From an uncultured Acidobacteriota bacterium (GTDB lineage Bacteria > Acidobacteriota > UBA6911), in contig CAWHCF010000013.1 of NCBI GenBank assembly GCA_963827655.1, positions 44,201-108,200 of the forward strand: DNA of 64,000 nt, read 5' to 3'. Under the pieces are notes generated by a model, which did no database searches, was not told the DNA's origin, and saw only the letters and a program-made list of their open reading frames with translations. This document shows, piece after piece, positions 30,295-42,065 of this stretch (its first letter is position 1; every line of letters begins with the position of its first letter). The position numbers and the translations under genes were made by a program.

Positions 30295-31716
30295 TCACGC
30301 CGTGATCTGGGGGATCAATTCGCCGTGGACGTCGGTCAGCCGCATGTTGCGGCCATTGAAGAAGTAGGTCAGGCGCTTGTGGTCGAGTCCGAGCAGGTGC
30401 AGCATCGTGGCGTGGAGGTCGTGAACCGTGATGGGCTGCTCGATGGCCTTGTAGCCGAACTCGTCGGATACCCCGATCACCTGGCCGCCTCGGATTCCCG
30501 CCCCGGCCATCCATAAACTCATGGCGCCGGGATTGTGGTCGCGCCCGATGCCGCGCTGGGAGATGGGCATGCGGCCAAACTCGGTATGCCAGATCACCAG
30601 GGTCGAGTCGAGCAAGCCGCGTTGCTTCAAATCCGCCATCAGGCCGGCGATCGGTTTGTCGACCTCGAGCGCGTGCTGCCCGTGATTGTCGACGATGCTG
30701 TCGTGGGCGTCCCAGGTGTCGACGTTGGAGTTGATGTAGGCGCCGCTCCAAAGCTGAACGAAGCGAACTCCACGCTCGATCAGCCGCCGGGCGACCAGAC
30801 ACTGCTTGCCGAATGGCTCGGTGACCGCGTGGTCGAGCCCGTAGAGCCGCCTGGTCGCTTCGGTTTCCTTGCCCAGATCGACCGCCTCGGGAGCGTAGCG
30901 TTGCATCCGGTATGCCAGCTCATACGATGAGATGCGCGCGGCGAATTCAGAGCTGCCGGGGTGCTGCGCCTCGTGCTGCTGATTGAGCTGGGCCAGAAGG
31001 TCCAGCCGGGCCCGCTGTTGCTCGGGAGCCAGGTAGCTGGAGGGAGGCCGCAAATCCAGGATCGGGTCGCCCGACGAACGGAAAACCGTCGCCTGGTACG
31101 CTGCCGGCAGATAACCTGCGCTCCAATTGTTCGGCCCGTTGTAAGGCCCGCCTTTCTGATCGTAGATCACGACGAATGCCGGCAGGTTCTGGTTTTCGCT
31201 CCCGAGACCATAAGTGACCCAGGAGCCAAGGCTGGGAAAGCCCGGCAGCAGCGCGCCGGTGTTCCATTCGAAGTGCGAGATGGAATGGTCGTTGGACCGG
31301 CCCATCGCGGAGCGGATCAAGGCGAAGTCATCCACGCACGTTGCCATGTGGGGGAAAAGCTCGGAGACCTCGATTCCGGATTTCCCGCAGCGCTTGAACT
31401 TGTACGGGCTTCTCATGATGGGCCCGGGGTATCCCTGCTGGACCTGGATTTCGCCCTCCACCGGAAGGGGCTGACCGTGGTAGCGATCGAGCGCCGGCTT
31501 GGGATCGAACGTGTCGATGTGGCTCACGCCGCCGCTCATGAAGAGCGAGATCACCGCTTTCGCGCGCGGCTTGAAGTGAGGCGATTTCTGCGCGAACGGC
31601 GACTTCGTGTCAGCCGCAAGCAGGCCGTCCCGTCCGAGCAGCCAGGCAAGGGCCAGGCCGCTGATTCCTTCGCCGGCCTGGAACAAGAAATCTCGGCGGG
31701 GAATAAACTTGCTCAT
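30295..31716 (-). CDS. DUF1501 domain protein
   Basis: RRDFL Tat-like leader, FMSGGVSHIDTFDPKP, GSWVTYGLGSEN, ERGVRFVQ, WDAH, EFGR, GRDHN, RLTDVHG. Confidence 0.92.
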   Translation of the reverse strand: MSKFIPRRDFLFQAGEGISGLALAWLLGRDGLLAADTKSPFAQKSPHFKPRAKAVISLFMSGGVSHIDTFDPKPALDRYHGQPLPVEGEIQVQQGYPGPIMRSPYKFKRCGKSGIEVSELFPHMATCVDDFALIRSAMGRSNDHSISHFEWNTGALLPGFPSLGSWVTYGLGSENQNLPAFVVIYDQKGGPYNGPNNWSAGYLPAAYQATVFRSSGDPILDLRPPSSYLAPEQQRARLDLLAQLNQQHEAQHPGSSEFAARISSYELAYRMQRYAPEAVDLGKETEATRRLYGLDHAVTEPFGKQCLVARRLIERGVRFVQLWSGAYINSNVDTWDAHDSIVDNHGQHALEVDKPIAGLMADLKQRGLLDSTLVIWHTEFGRMPISQRGIGRDHNPGAMSLWMAGAGIRGGQVIGVSDEFGYKAIEQPITVHDLHATMLHLLGLDHKRLTYFFNGRNMRLTDVHGELIPQITA

Positions 31717-31749
31717 GTCAAATAATCACCGCGAAGACACAAAGAAAGT

Positions 31750-34347
31750 CTAGTTAATGTAAACAAACTCATTGAGGTTCAGGATCACATTGCACAGATC
31801 GGTTAACGCCTCGTGATCCGGCTCGGCGCCCGAGCGGCCGGCATGGTATGCACGCTGCCTGGCCAGAAAAGACAGGGTGGTGTTTACCTCGTCCGGCCTG
31901 GGACTGCGGTTAAGAGACATACGATAGGCGGCTTGGACCTGCGCCTCGGGATCCGCCCCCGCCTTCTGGCGCACCCGGGTGGCCAGGTGCCGGGACTGAA
32001 GCAGGACAAACTCGTTGTTCATCAAGGTCAGCGCCTGGGTTGGCACCGTGGTGGTGTTGCGCCGCTCGCACGTCACCATGGAGTCGGGCTGATCGAACAC
32101 TTCGAACATCGGATACTTCAAGGCGCGCTTCCAGTAGGAATAAATGCTGCGCCGCCAGGTGGAGTGGTCTTCCTTGGTCAACACCCACTTGCCGATCTTC
32201 TTGGCATCCTCGTGCACCGATGGCGGCACGGCCGGGAAGAAGGGCGGGCCGCCGGCTTCGAGATTCAACTGGCCGCTGGCCGACAGAATCACGTCCCGGA
32301 TAATCTCCGCCTCGAGGCGCCGCACGGGAAATCGCCAGAGATAGAGGTTGTTCGGATCCTTCTCCAGATTCTCGGCACGGCTATAAGTGGATGCCATCTG
32401 ATACGCCTGTGAAGTCATGATCAGGCGGTGCATCCGCTTCAAGCTCCAGCCCTCACGCACGAACTCGGTCGCGAGCCAGTCGAGCAGCTGGGGATGCGTG
32501 GGAAGCGTCCCCATGGTTCCGAAGTTGCTCGGCGTGGCGACGATGCCGCGGCCAAAATGATGGTGCCAGATCCGATTGATCATCACTCGCGCGGTCAGTG
32601 GATTCTGCTCCGACGCAATCCACTCCGCCAACGCGCGGCGTCGTCCGCTCGTGGGACGCCGGTCCGCCGGTGCGCGCGCCGTCACCGGCTTGCCCTCGGT
32701 CAGAGCCGTCAGGAATCCCGGCTCGATGTTCAGCGGCTTGCCGTCGACGGTGCAGAGCGGCGGCGCCGTGTAGGGCTTGCCTGGTTCCGGAATGTAGGAG
32801 CCCGGGAAATCGAGCTTGAACCGATGGGCCGTCGTGCCGGGAACGGGTTCATCCCCGGGACCATCGGGCGTGAAGCGGTAATCCCCGTCGCGGATTCCGG
32901 CCGCGACCGGCAGCGGTTTAGGCATCCGCTTCTCGAGGTCGCGGATCTGCGCCTCGATCTTCTGGGCTGTCGCGCGGTCCTCGGGACTCATCCCCAGATC
33001 CCGCCGGCCCCCGATGTTGATGGAAAGAACCTGGGTGGCAAGGAGCTTCTGTCCCGGCGTTCTCTGTTCCTCGGGGGTCCGCACTGCGGCCTGAACGTCT
33101 TCGGGAAACGTCGCCAGCTTCTTCTCGAACAGAGCCTTGCGATAGGGCTCTTCGATCTGCTTCAGGCGCTCTCGGAGAGGCTTGGTCTGGGCTGCGACCT
33201 CCGACCGAATGCGCTCGTGCTCGGCCACCACGTCGCTCGGCGCGAGCGGATGGTTGTAATCCACAAAAGGAAAAAACACCGCCATCATCCGGTAATAGTC
33301 GGCCTGGGGGATAGGATCGAATTTGTGATCGTGGCAGCGGGCGCAGCTGACTGTGAGCCCCAGAAACGCGCGGCTGGTGGTGCCGATCAAATCGTCAAGG
33401 TAATCGTAGCGATAGTGCGGATTCTGCTTCTCCCGGAACAGGACGCGTGGCGCGATGCGGTTGAAGCCGGTAGCAATCAGGCTGTCATAAGTCACCTCGT
33501 CGAGCTCGTCGCCCGCCAGCTGCTCCAGAATGAATTGCGTGTACGGCTTGTCGGCGTTGAGAGATTGAATCACGTAGTCGCGATAGCGCCAGGCGTTGGG
33601 ATTGTCGTCATCGTGGATATGACCCCAGCTGTCGGCGTACCGGGCAACATCCAGCCAGTGGCGCCCCCAACGCTCTCCATAATGAGGCGAGGCCAGCAGT
33701 CGATCGATCAGACTTTCGAACGCGTTTGGCGCCGGATCCTTGACGAAAGCCTCGACCTCTTCGGGGCTGGGCAGCAAGCCGATCAGGTCCAGGTAAGCGC
33801 GGCGGATCAGGGTGTGGCGGTCGGCCGCGGGAGCGGGCGCCAGGCCTTTCTCGTCCAGCGTCTTCTTGATGAAGGCATCGATAGGATGGGCGCTCCAGGG
33901 CACATCTCCCAGCTGGGGAACCGGACGCCTGACCGGTTTTTGGAAGGCCCACCAGGTCCGGGCCGGGACGGCAGTGGTGTCGATCTCCGCGGGCGCTCCT
34001 TGCCATTCGGCCCCGCTCTCGATCCAGCGTTTCAGATTCGCGATTTCGCCCTCGCTGAGCTCGCCGCCGAAGGGCATTTGCGGCCGATCCTCCCCGGTCA
34101 CTCTGCGGTACATCAGGCTGCCCGCCGCATTCCCAGGGGTCAACGCGGGACCAGCCTGGCCTCCCTTCAACGCTTTCTCACGCGTGGAGAGGTCCAACGC
34201 CCCCATCTGCAGCGCTGATCCGTGACACTGGAGGCACTTTTGATTCAGGATCGGGGCGATATCGCGGGAAAACGAGACAGGGCGTTCTTGCGCCCAGGCG
34301 GCGGGGAACAGAAGTAGTGCTGCCAGTGGTGAGATCCGATGGACCAT
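31750..34347 (-). CDS. Planctomycete-type cytochrome c / DUF1549 / DUF1553 (PSD1) protein
   Basis: CLQCH, WWAFQKP, HPIDAFI, YGERWGRHWLDVARY, CARCHDHKFDPI, NPLTARV, HPQLLDWLA, NLNEFVY. Confidence 0.92.
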   Translation of the reverse strand: MVHRISPLAALLLFPAAWAQERPVSFSRDIAPILNQKCLQCHGSALQMGALDLSTREKALKGGQAGPALTPGNAAGSLMYRRVTGEDRPQMPFGGELSEGEIANLKRWIESGAEWQGAPAEIDTTAVPARTWWAFQKPVRRPVPQLGDVPWSAHPIDAFIKKTLDEKGLAPAPAADRHTLIRRAYLDLIGLLPSPEEVEAFVKDPAPNAFESLIDRLLASPHYGERWGRHWLDVARYADSWGHIHDDDNPNAWRYRDYVIQSLNADKPYTQFILEQLAGDELDEVTYDSLIATGFNRIAPRVLFREKQNPHYRYDYLDDLIGTTSRAFLGLTVSCARCHDHKFDPIPQADYYRMMAVFFPFVDYNHPLAPSDVVAEHERIRSEVAAQTKPLRERLKQIEEPYRKALFEKKLATFPEDVQAAVRTPEEQRTPGQKLLATQVLSINIGGRRDLGMSPEDRATAQKIEAQIRDLEKRMPKPLPVAAGIRDGDYRFTPDGPGDEPVPGTTAHRFKLDFPGSYIPEPGKPYTAPPLCTVDGKPLNIEPGFLTALTEGKPVTARAPADRRPTSGRRRALAEWIASEQNPLTARVMINRIWHHHFGRGIVATPSNFGTMGTLPTHPQLLDWLATEFVREGWSLKRMHRLIMTSQAYQMASTYSRAENLEKDPNNLYLWRFPVRRLEAEIIRDVILSASGQLNLEAGGPPFFPAVPPSVHEDAKKIGKWVLTKEDHSTWRRSIYSYWKRALKYPMFEVFDQPDSMVTCERRNTTTVPTQALTLMNNEFVLLQSRHLATRVRQKAGADPEAQVQAAYRMSLNRSPRPDEVNTTLSFLARQRAYHAGRSGAEPDHEALTDLCNVILNLNEFVYIN

Positions 34348-34370
34348 TGCTCTTGAAAACCGGGCGTCGA

Positions 34371-34586
34371 TCAAATATCCACGGGAGTGAGCGAGAAGAT
34401 GCGGGCGAACTGCGATGCTCTCCTCAGATCTCCTCGCCGCAATGCCTCTCGGACATCATCTAATTTGTATGCATCTTCCAATGAAATGTAAGGCGACCAT
34501 CCGCTCTCCGTATCAAGGAGGTCGACCTCTACTTCGGCAACGAAGTTACCCTCGTGAACATACTTCTTCTTTCGTCTGGCCATCAC
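34371..34586 (-). CDS. Small protein coupled to the DUF4258 gene (putative antitoxin)
   Basis: 71 aa, start overlaps the upstream stop; VHEG.FVAEVEV..WSPY.S.EDAYKLD.VR.AL. Confidence 0.6.
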   Translation of the reverse strand: MMARRKKKYVHEGNFVAEVEVDLLDTESGWSPYISLEDAYKLDDVREALRRGDLRRASQFARIFSLTPVDI

Positions 34587-34903
34587 GTTTTCCTCGTGAA
34601 GTTATCGATCCACCGGCTCGGATCAGGACGATAGCCAGTAACCACGACAGCCGGCCCATCGGATCCACGCGGAATTCCCCATACTACGTGAATTGCTTTT
34701 CCTTGCCTATCCCTCTGCAGCACCAAAACACATGGTCCTTTAGCATAGTCGGGATATTCCTCTATCAATTGTCCCGCCCGAACTCCTTGAACTACGTCGC
34801 GCACGTTAATCTCGTCTTCGGCAAGCTCTCCATACCCATGCTCGGAAACTCTGATTTCGCCGCGAGCCACCAGGTCCAGAATCCGATTGAGAAGCTGGCT
34901 CAC
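34583..34903 (-). CDS. DUF4258 domain protein (putative toxin)
   Basis: SEHG, IEEYPD..KGP..LVL, IHVVW, VVTGYRPDP..W. Confidence 0.8.
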   Translation of the reverse strand: MSQLLNRILDLVARGEIRVSEHGYGELAEDEINVRDVVQGVRAGQLIEEYPDYAKGPCVLVLQRDRQGKAIHVVWGIPRGSDGPAVVVTGYRPDPSRWIDNFTRKT

Positions 34904-34949
34904 GCGAAGAACCTTACCTCAGAATTTCGCGTCGGGCAACGTGACTGCT

Positions 34950-37900
34950 CTACCAGATCAATTTTAGCGCCAGCTGGACGACTCTCCCGGAACCGGCGCC
35001 GCGGATGCGTCCGAAGCTGGCCGAGGTTCGTTGCCGGTCGGGCGCCTGGAAGTTCACCTGGTTGAAAGCGTTGAAGAATTCGCCGCGGAGTTGAACCTTC
35101 AGCGGCTCGGTGACACGAAAATCTTTCATGACTGCCAGATTCGAGATGGCCGACGCCGGCCCGCTGATAGTGTTCCGCCCCCCATTGCCGTAGGTGCCCA
35201 GCGGTATCTGGGCGATCGGAACGTAGGCGCCGGTGTTGAAGAACTGGAGCACGAAACTCATCCCGATTCTGATGGTCCAGGGTGAGGTCCTCGTGAGTCA
35301 CGCCTGGCCTCAGCTGTGCGTGCTGCAGGCCTTGCTGTCCGGTCCCGTCGACCGCGACATCGGTCCCCATCACTATGTTCAGACGGGGCGCCGCTCTGGA
35401 CGAAGTGGATTCCCGACACGCTCCATCCTCCCAGCACGCCCGTGGCGAAGGCGTTCTGAAATCTCACGTCCGGGCTCCAAAGCCAGGAAACCGATACAAC
35501 GTGCCGGTGATCGAAGTTGCCGCGCCCGCGATCCTGATTCAGGTTAAAAGGGTTGGCCACGCCGGGGGTCAAGCCCGGCTCGGGAGCCACGACGTTGTCG
35601 ATCAGCTTCGATAATACATAGTATCCCCGCACGGAGGTCCCTCTGCTGAAGCGCTTGTCGACGCCGACCTGCAGGCTGTGGTACCAGGCGCGGTAGTCGT
35701 TCCCCAGAACGCGGCTTTGAGTGTTGATCAAACCGAGCGTCTCCGGATAGAGCACGCGGTCGTTGGTGTTCTGCGCCGTCGGCGGGCCCCCGTTGAGGCG
35801 AGAGGGCATGAACACGGCAGGGTTCCAGTGACGGTGCCCTTCCAGCTTGGTTGAGATCTTGCCGGCGTAACTGGCCTCGACCATCATGTCGCCGGCAATC
35901 TGCCGCTGGATCGTGAGGTTCATCGAATGAGTGTACGGTGTCCGCAAGTAAGGCTCCGTGTAAACCGTCAGGGCCGGCACAGGGAAGAACTGGCAGTTGA
36001 CGCCGGGGAACTGAGCGATGTTCACGCAGCCGAACTCCCCCTGCAAAACCCCCTCGGGCGGGAACGGCCGGTTCAAGGAAGTGTACGGGTCGTCCATGCG
36101 GCCGTTGCGCAGCAGGTCGACGCCGCGCCAGGGCGCCTCGGCCGTGTGGACGACGTTCGCGCTGATCTGATCGAAGAAGACACCGTAGCCGCCTCGCACA
36201 CTGGTTTTCCCATTGCCGAAGACGTCCCAGGCAAATCCGAAGCGCGGCGCGAAGTTGTTCATGTCGTTGAAAGTCAGCTTTCCGTTGTCCGGCAGCCCCG
36301 GATCGCCCGGAAACAGCACGCCGGGTACGGCGTCGGGCTTGACTGTGGAGCGAACGCCCGGCTTGATCGCGGTGTGCTTGCCGTACTGCTGGTCCCAGGG
36401 AAACATGGGCTCGTAGCGCAGGCCGAAGGTCAGTGCCAGCCTGGGGTGGACCTTGAACTCATCCTGGATGTACCAGAAGTGCTTCCAGGCAATCGGATCG
36501 CTGCCCCCCTGTCCGAACGTCACCTCCAGCCGGTCGAAGGCGCCGAGCAGAAAGTCGGCCGTCGAGTCGCCGGTACGCGCGCCGCTGAACACCATGGTGC
36601 GTCCCTGCATCAGCCGCTTGTCCAGCACCCAGTCCACGTAGTGGCCTTCGTAGCCGAACTTTAACGTGTGGCGGCCGTAAGTCTTGGTCATCGAGTCGCG
36701 CCAGTGCCAGTTTCGGTAATTTTGCCCCACGGGGTTGATATTCGACAGATTGAACCGGCCGGTCGCCGTGAAGGTAAGCCCCTCGCCGTTTGACCCGGCC
36801 GGCAGGTTGATGCCAAGGCTGCGCGGCGCGTACTGGATATCGGGCTCGGTGTTGGAGTCGGCGTGAAGGAAGGAGAAAGTCGCCTCATTGAGGAAAGTCG
36901 GGCTGAAGGTATAGGTGCTGGTGACGCCGGCGTTGTTGGACGTCACGTCGCGGTCGGCGGTGACATAACCCGGCAAGTCGCTCGATGTGAACCTGCGGTC
37001 GTAGAAATCGCGGAAGTAGTGGCCGAAAATGTTGTGATTGCGGCTGTGCAGGAAATCGATCCGGGTCATCAAGCTGTAGTTGGAGGAGGGCTCCGATCGA
37101 AGTTGAAAGACCGTGCCGGTGGGTGAGATCGGAACGAACTGCTCCATCACCGTACGCGCGGCCGGGCTGATGCAGCTCGGGCTGATGACGTTGCCGGCCA
37201 CGCATGGCTGGCCGCCGGCGCCGGTAAGAGGCTGGCCGGTGAGGCCGTCCACGGGATTCCGAAGCGCCGTCTGCAAGTTTGAAAAGTCGCCGCGCCGCTG
37301 AGCTTCGGTCGGCACGAAGGCCTGGGACGAGCCGACCTCGCTCCGGTTCCATAGCCGTTGGTAATACCCGAAAAAGAACAGCTTGTCTTTGCGGATCGGT
37401 CCGCCGCCGGCGGCGCCCGCCTGGTTTTGCCGCGTCGTTGGCCGCCGGGGCTGGAAGAAGCTGCGCGCATTCAGCACGTCGTTGCGCAGGAACTCCCAGG
37501 CGCTCCCGTGAAAATTGTTGGTTCCGGACTTTGACGTTACCGACATCTGGCTGCCCGAGTTGTTGCTGTATTCGGCGCCGAAATTGTGAGTCTGGATGCG
37601 AATTTCCTGCACGGCATCGGGCGGCGGATAGTTCATCCCTGTGGTCTGGCCGAAGTGGATGAAATTCGCCCCGTTGAAGGTGAAATTATTGTTCACCGCG
37701 CGGCCGCCGTTAACGCTCATGGTCGGCCCGTTTCGCGTGTCGCCCATTTCCTGCGGGGCGAAGATCTCGGTGACCCCCGGGACGATGCCCGCCAGGGCGA
37801 CCACGTTGCGCCCGTTAAGCGGAAGGTCTTGAACCCGTCGGTCGTCCACCAGGCCGGAGAGCGACTGGTTCGTCGTGTTCACGAGCGTGGCCTGGCTGGT

Positions 37901-38275
37901 GACGGTCACCTCGGTTTGTACAGCTCCCACCTTCAGCCCGAGGTCCAGGCGCAGGTTTTCGCTCACCGTCAGCCGGACGCCGGTCTGCACTTGTTTTTCG
38001 AACCCGGGCGCCTGGGCGGAAATCTGATAGGTCCCAGGGGGCATGGCGAGGAGGTTGTAGAAGCCGGTGTCGTCCGACAGCACTGAGCGGGTCAGTTGTT
38101 GTTCGATGGAAACAGCCGTTACGGTCGCGCCGGGCAGCGCTGCGCCGGTAGGGTCGCGAACGAAACCGCTGATCGTGCCTGCAACCTGGGCATTCAGGCT
38201 GGGAACGCCAAGGAGCAGGATCAGAGCCGTTGCCGGCAACCAGACGCGGTTACGGGACATCGCTTCGAGTGACAT
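34950..38275 (-). CDS. TonB-dependent receptor (Oar-like), frameshifts near 35380 and 35265
   Basis: DLPLNGRN, DAVQE, KSGTN, YIQDEFK, NNFAPRFG; C-terminal QLRGEFFNAFN..RVVQLALKLIW lies in another frame. Confidence 0.88.
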
Positions 38276-38377
38276 GGGGGTCCTCCTGAAGGAAGAGTTG
38301 TTGGTTTGATAATGGGAGAGGCGACGTGCGAGAAGCAAGCGAATTTTTGGTTGGGAACGGGTGGGGCGAGGGGAGAA

Positions 38378-38461
38378 TTGGTGGTGTTTGCTCGCGTCTC
38401 CGTGGTTAGCGCTGCGAAACAAATACCATCAAGACGCCAAGACGCGAAGAAACGCCAAGAA
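38378..38461. repeat. Nonamer-based palindromic element, family B
   Basis: ..CGTCTCCGTGGT-spacer-GCGAAACAAATACCA-(CAAGACGC)n; same core at 50371 and 54035. Confidence 0.7.
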
Positions 38462-38475
38462 TAAACACCTTCCTC

Positions 38476-38682
38476 TCACTTATTCTCTGCGACTCGCTTC
38501 CGGGCGTCTTGAGCCTCTTGCAGACTCCGGAATCTGAAAACACCCCGAGGGTAGATCCGCTTTCGAACCCTAAAATAACGCGCACAGTGACGCAGGAAAC
38601 GGGCGAACGAGTCTTCAGTTGGCGTCGCTCGGACGGACGCCGCGTTCATTTCCTCAACAGAATGGAACTTTTCGACTGGCAT
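38476..38682 (-). CDS. Small protein downstream of the nucleotidyltransferase
   Basis: 68 aa with internal repeat KFHSVEEM / RFRSLQEA; starts a few nt after the upstream stop. Confidence 0.6.
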   Translation of the reverse strand: MPVEKFHSVEEMNAASVRATPTEDSFARFLRHCARYFRVRKRIYPRGVFRFRSLQEAQDARKRVAENK

Positions 38683-38688
38683 GCTCGC

Positions 38689-39174
38689 TTATTGGGGCTC
38701 CTCGTCGTCACTCAAGTCGAACCGCGCGCGCAACGCCGCGGCATCTTGCCGATCAAGGGGGCGGACCGTATCTTTCTTTAGCCGGTAAAGCGCTTTAGGC
38801 GTAGCGATGCGCACGCGAATGCCCTCCACATCCTTGACCTCGGCGTCGACGGTATCGAAGTTCGCGGCTTCGCCGAGACGAGTCATTACATCGAAAAAGA
38901 GATCGCCGCTTGGAGGGTAATAGCGCAGGGCAGGATAGTCTCCCATCAGGTCCACCGCCTTGATCTCGTCAATGTGCGGATCATCGGCATAGGCTTTTCG
39001 GAATGCCCTCCGGAGTCGCTCGATGTTTGCCTCTGTCGCTCGAATCAACAGGTCGACATCCTCAGTCGCACGAATCAGTCCATGAAAGCCCATCGCCGTG
39101 GCGCCTATCAGGACATATTCCAGCCCTTCGGACTCGAACGACCTGAAGACGCGTAACATATCGTCGCGAATCAC
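38689..39174 (-). CDS. Minimal nucleotidyltransferase (Pol-beta superfamily, DUF6036/AbiEii-like)
   Basis: YVLIGATAM..HG..RATEDVDLL, LYRLK....RP.DRQD. Confidence 0.78.
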   Translation of the reverse strand: MIRDDMLRVFRSFESEGLEYVLIGATAMGFHGLIRATEDVDLLIRATEANIERLRRAFRKAYADDPHIDEIKAVDLMGDYPALRYYPPSGDLFFDVMTRLGEAANFDTVDAEVKDVEGIRVRIATPKALYRLKKDTVRPLDRQDAAALRARFDLSDDEEPQ

Positions 39175-39347
39175 CCGCTTATACTACTGCTGCCGCTGGA
39201 TAATTTCTTGCTCAATTCGAAACAGGAGCCCTCAGTCGGCCGCGTTGGGGAGGCGGGAAGGCGGCGGCAGGAGCGGTCGGTTGTTGCCGGGAGTGCTGGA
39301 CAGAGCCGGAGAGAGCCGCCGGAGCGTCCAATGTCAAACCTCCCGAA

Positions 39348-42052
39348 CTATTCCGCGCGCAGCGCCGTGAGCGGTTCGACGCGCGCTGCCCGCCAAGCCG
39401 GTATTACGCAGGCGATGAGCGCAGCCGCAGCCAGTACCGCCGGAACGGTGACAAAGGTGACGAGGTCGTACTGGTTCGTTTGATAGAGCAGCGAGGCCAC
39501 GAACCGGGTGAGGCCGAGGGAGACGACAAGGCCGGCCGCGAGGCCCAGCGCGACTAGTTGTGCGCCCTGTGCCACGATCATTCGCATTACCGTGCGCCGC
39601 TCGGCACCGAGGGCCAGCCGCACGGCGATCTCCCTGGTCCGCTGCGTGATCGTGAATGCAAGGAGGCCGTAGAGACCGATCGAAGCGAGGAACAACGCGA
39701 CCGCGGCGAACGCTCCTACGAGCAGCGTACTGAAGCGTTGAGGCGCGACAATATCGCTGACCTGTTGGTCCATCAGCTCGATGTGCTGTATCGCCAAGTC
39801 TCGATCGAGATTGGAAATCGCCTGCCGAATCAGTGCTACCAGTGCGCGCGGTTCACCCTGAACAAGGACGGCTGCTTTCACGTCACGGCCGAACTGATTC
39901 ACGGCGCCATTGAGAAAGAAATCGGGAAACTGCCGGAACGGCTCGTACGCGTGGATCCCCGGCTCTGCGCCGATCGGACCATCAGCAACATTACCTGCGA
40001 CGCCGACAACCGTCAGCCACGGAGTCTGGCTCGCAGCGATCCCCCACTTCAATCTCCTGCCGACCGGATCCTGTCCCGGCCAGAACAGATCAGCCAGCTT
40101 CTCGTTGATGATCACGACCCTGCGGTTTTGTCCGTGCTCGTCGTTGTTAAAGAATCGGCCTCGTCTGAGCGTCATTCCAAGGGTCTCGAAGTATGGGCCA
40201 TGCACCCACGTCAGGTGCGTCGTCGGCTGCGCGCCGTCGGGAATGTTCGCGCCTTCGGGTGTAAACGCGCGTCGCTCGTACGTCGTCAGCGGAAGATCCG
40301 TGGCCAAGGCCACGGATCGCACCCCTGGGAGAGCCAACAGGCTCCGGTAGAGCGACTCATGAAACGTGCGCACGCTGGTTGCCGTTGCGTAGAACGTTCG
40401 CGGCAGCGTCATCGACGCGGCGACCACCTGCGCCGGTCGGAAGCCCATATCGGTTGACATCAGCGTCCCGAAACTCCGAATGAAGAGCCCCGCTGCTACC
40501 AGGAGCACGAACGCGAGTCCTACGGTCGACACGACGAAACCGCGCTGGATACGAAGCTTCCTGGGTGCGAGCGTCGTTCGGGGCGTGTCGTCGCGTAGCG
40601 AGTTGCCCGGACTGCCACGGCCCAAGCGTTGTCAGCGGAAGGAGTGCGAAGATGACGGCCGTGGCGAGACACATCACGCCGGTAAAAGCGAGGACGCGAA
40701 GATCGATCGCGACATCGTGAAGGCCCGGAATCGTCCGCGCAATGACCGACGGAATTGCTTTAACGGCCCAGTAGGCGGTTGTAATTCCAGTCACACCTCC
40801 GGCCGCGGAAAGCAACAACGCCTCGCACAAGAGCAACTGGACGAGCCGACTCCGGCGAGCGCCGAGCGCCGTCCGCACGGCGAACTCGCGCGACCGACCG
40901 GCGACACGACTCAGAATGAGGTTTGCGACATTGGCACACGCGACCAACAGGACAAGCCCCACCGCGGCCATGAGCATCAGCAGCGGCGCTTCGAATTGCC
41001 CAGAAATTTCCTCGCGCAGCGGCTGCGCCGCGAGTCGCGGTGAAAATCCGACGTTGCGGAGCATGGGCGGATAGTTCTCAGCGATCTGTCCGGCGAGCAC
41101 ATCCAACTCCGCCCGAGCCGCCTGGAGCGAGATTCCGTCCTTCAGTCGCGCGATGACACTGTTGTTGTGCATGCTTGCGCGTTCAGCGCGTTCTCGGTCC
41201 GTAAATGCGATCGGCACCCAGATATCTGCGGGCTGACTGTTGAATTGAGAACCACGCCGCGGAAACACAAATGTCGCTGGCATGATCCCGATCACGGTGT
41301 ACGGCTGGCGATCGAGCTGTATGCTCTGACCGACAATGGAGGGATTGGCGGCATAGCGCCTCTGCCACAGGCCCCAGCTCAGAATGGCAACATTCACGCC
41401 GGGACGATCCTCTGCCATCGAGAACGAGCGGCCGACAGTCGGCCCAATTCCCAGCGTGCGAAACAGATCGGCGGAGACCTTCGCGCCTTCTATACGTTCC
41501 GGATTATCGCCACCCGAGACTTCGAATGGGACATTCCGATATGCTGCAGCTCTCTCGAACGACTGCTGATATCTTCGGAAATCGTCGAAATCCAAGGCGG
41601 AGAAGGGGAACCTGTCGATGCCACGTTGCTGAAAATCCTTCTTGCACCGACACGAGCCGGTCCTCGTCGGTATATCCGAGCGGGCGAATCAGTGCGGCAT
41701 TGATGATGCTGAAGAAGGCCGTGTTCGCACCGATGCCGAGGCCGAGTGTGAGGACAACGACGAAGGCAAACCCGCGGCTGCGCCGAAGCGTCCGCGCGGC
41801 ATACCTGAGATCCTGAACCAGAGTGCTCATTCTCGGGGCGAACGCCCATGCCTCACGCAGGTCTTCCCGAACCTTTGTGACGTTGCCAAACCGCCGGTGC
41901 GCGTCGGCACCAGCATTGATTGCTCCGGACGTACGAAGCTGATCCTCTCGCATAGCGAGGTGAAACGCCACTTCGTCCTGGAGGTCTTGCTCCGACTGCC
42001 GCCGCAGGAGCGCCGACAGACGAAGACGCAGACTGTTCAGCCACTCAGTCAC
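39348..42052 (-). CDS. ADOP-family duplicated ABC permease (MacB/FtsX domains), frameshifts near 41640 and 40620
   Basis: E..FHL, RRFGN, QDLRYAAR, LGIGANTAFFS, LLVACANVANL, REIAVRLALGA, PAWRAARVEPLTALRAE. Confidence 0.88.
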
Positions 42053-42065
42053 GCCTCTCCTCCAA

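Noticed and set aside
32428-34218. 596-aa plus-strand ORF (also 17684-18952, 25923-27626, 62870-63934 and similar)
   Set aside because: Antisense shadows of well-supported genes in GC-rich DNA, with no recognisable motifs.
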